Shown here: positions 62,980 to 64,000 of the stretch, piece by piece
Layout of the letters: each line of letters begins with the position of its first letter
Position numbering within the stretch: the first letter of the stretch is position 1
Source of the DNA: Podarcis gaigeae
Taxonomy: Eukaryota
Length of the DNA: 64,000 bases
NCBI GenBank assembly: GCA_964106915.2
Contig: OZ066919.1
Direction: 5' to 3' (one strand)
Notes under the pieces: generated by a model
Seen by the model: the letters and a program-made list of their open reading frames with translations, nothing else
Told to the model about the DNA's origin: nothing
Database searches by the model: none
Made by a program: the position numbers and the translations under genes

Positions 62980-63868
62980 CTCCAAGAATGTCCTCTGCAT
63001 GGAGCTGGATTCAGGCAGACAAAGATATCTGCGAGCATGACAGGAAGGCAGGCAACATCAGTCCTGCCATGTGGGTATCATAGAATCATAGAGTTGGAAG
63101 AGACCACAAGGGCCATCGAGTCCAACCCCCTGCCAAGCAGGAAACACCATCAGAGCACTCCTGACATATGGTTGTCAAGCCCCTGCTTAAAGACCTCCAA
63201 AGAAGGAGACTCCACCACACTCCTTGGCAGCAAATTCCACTGTCGAACAGCTCTTACTGTCAGGAAGTTCTTCCTAATGTTTAGGTGGAATCTTCTTTCT
63301 TGTAGTTTGGATCCATTGCTCCGTGTCCGCTTCTCTGGAGCAGCAGAAAACAACCTTTCTCCCTCCTCTATGTGACATCCTTTTATATATTTGAACATGG
63401 CTATCATATCACCCCTTAACCTCCTCTTCTCCAGGCTAAACATGCCCAGCTCCCTTAGCCGTTCCTCATAAGGCATTGTTTCCAGGCCTTTAACCATTTT
63501 GGTTGCCCTCCTCTGGATACGTTCCAGTTTGTCAGTGTCCTTCTTGAACTGTGGTGCCCAGATGACCCAGATCACTTGCAGATGACCACAGTGCCTAGCC
63601 TAGAGTGCCTAGAGAAAGACAGGTTGTGCATCCATAGCAGTGACCAGAGAATGAATGGCTGCTGAGAGGAGCGCAGAAAAAAGAAACCCCATGGTACATC
63701 TGCATTAGCACAACCAGACACCTTCATCTGCCCCAGCTGCAACAAAACATGTCTCTCCTGTATTGGTCTCCACAGCCACAGCAGGTGCTGTAAGTCTCCA
63801 ACAGTTTGACTTCACCCCCGAAGGTGCATTCTTCCATTGTCTCTGAGATAGATGGATGCCAACAACAT
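62980..63868 (+). mobile_element. RTE-clade 3' fragment interrupted by CR1
   Basis: Same family as 61105-61465, in opposite orientation; ends gatgccaacaaca. Confidence 0.75.
63078..63561 (-). mobile_element. CR1 LINE 3' fragment
   Basis: Reads WAPQFKKDTDKLERIQRRATKMVKGLETMPYEERLRELGMFSLEKRRLRGDMI; CR1 tail (catagaat)n. Confidence 0.95.
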
Positions 63869-64000
63869 TACATGCTCTTGTAGTCTGGAAAACCAGAGGC
63901 ATCAGTGATGAGACTATTCTGATAACATTTGTGGTAGTTTTCCACTCCAGTGCATTATCTTTTTGTAACATGTTTAGGATCACAAGTATTTAATGCCCTA

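Overview
This is vertebrate genomic DNA, most likely from a squamate (lacertid-type) lizard, judging by its Sauria SINE, BovB, CR1/L2 and hAT MITE content. It is not prokaryotic, and most ORF-track entries are spurious. Two spliced genes are supported on the + strand. CSRP1 has a CpG-island promoter and non-coding exon 1 at about 4.4 kb, then five coding exons (18674-28003) giving a 193 aa two-LIM protein. PHLDA3 (PH-domain-only) starts at 38755 in a second CpG island. The most interesting observation is that PHLDA3 exon 1 has no stop codon before a strong donor at 39115. Splicing to a strong acceptor at 43450 gives a 169 aa protein with a 49-aa C-terminal extension, whereas human PHLDA3 ends just after the PH domain. 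Candidate regulatory elements include three perfect CArG boxes in CSRP1 introns, a p53-like element at PHLDA3, convergent CTCF-like motifs around CSRP1, and a possible TATA/Inr first exon near 60.2 kb (possibly TNNI1, by synteny). The rest is largely transposon-derived, with many target-site duplications (TSDs) readable in the sequence. These include an L1-tailed element carrying an ORF I cannot assign. I found no convincing evidence of a wholly new multi-gene system. All family names and human comparisons are from recall, not from database searches.
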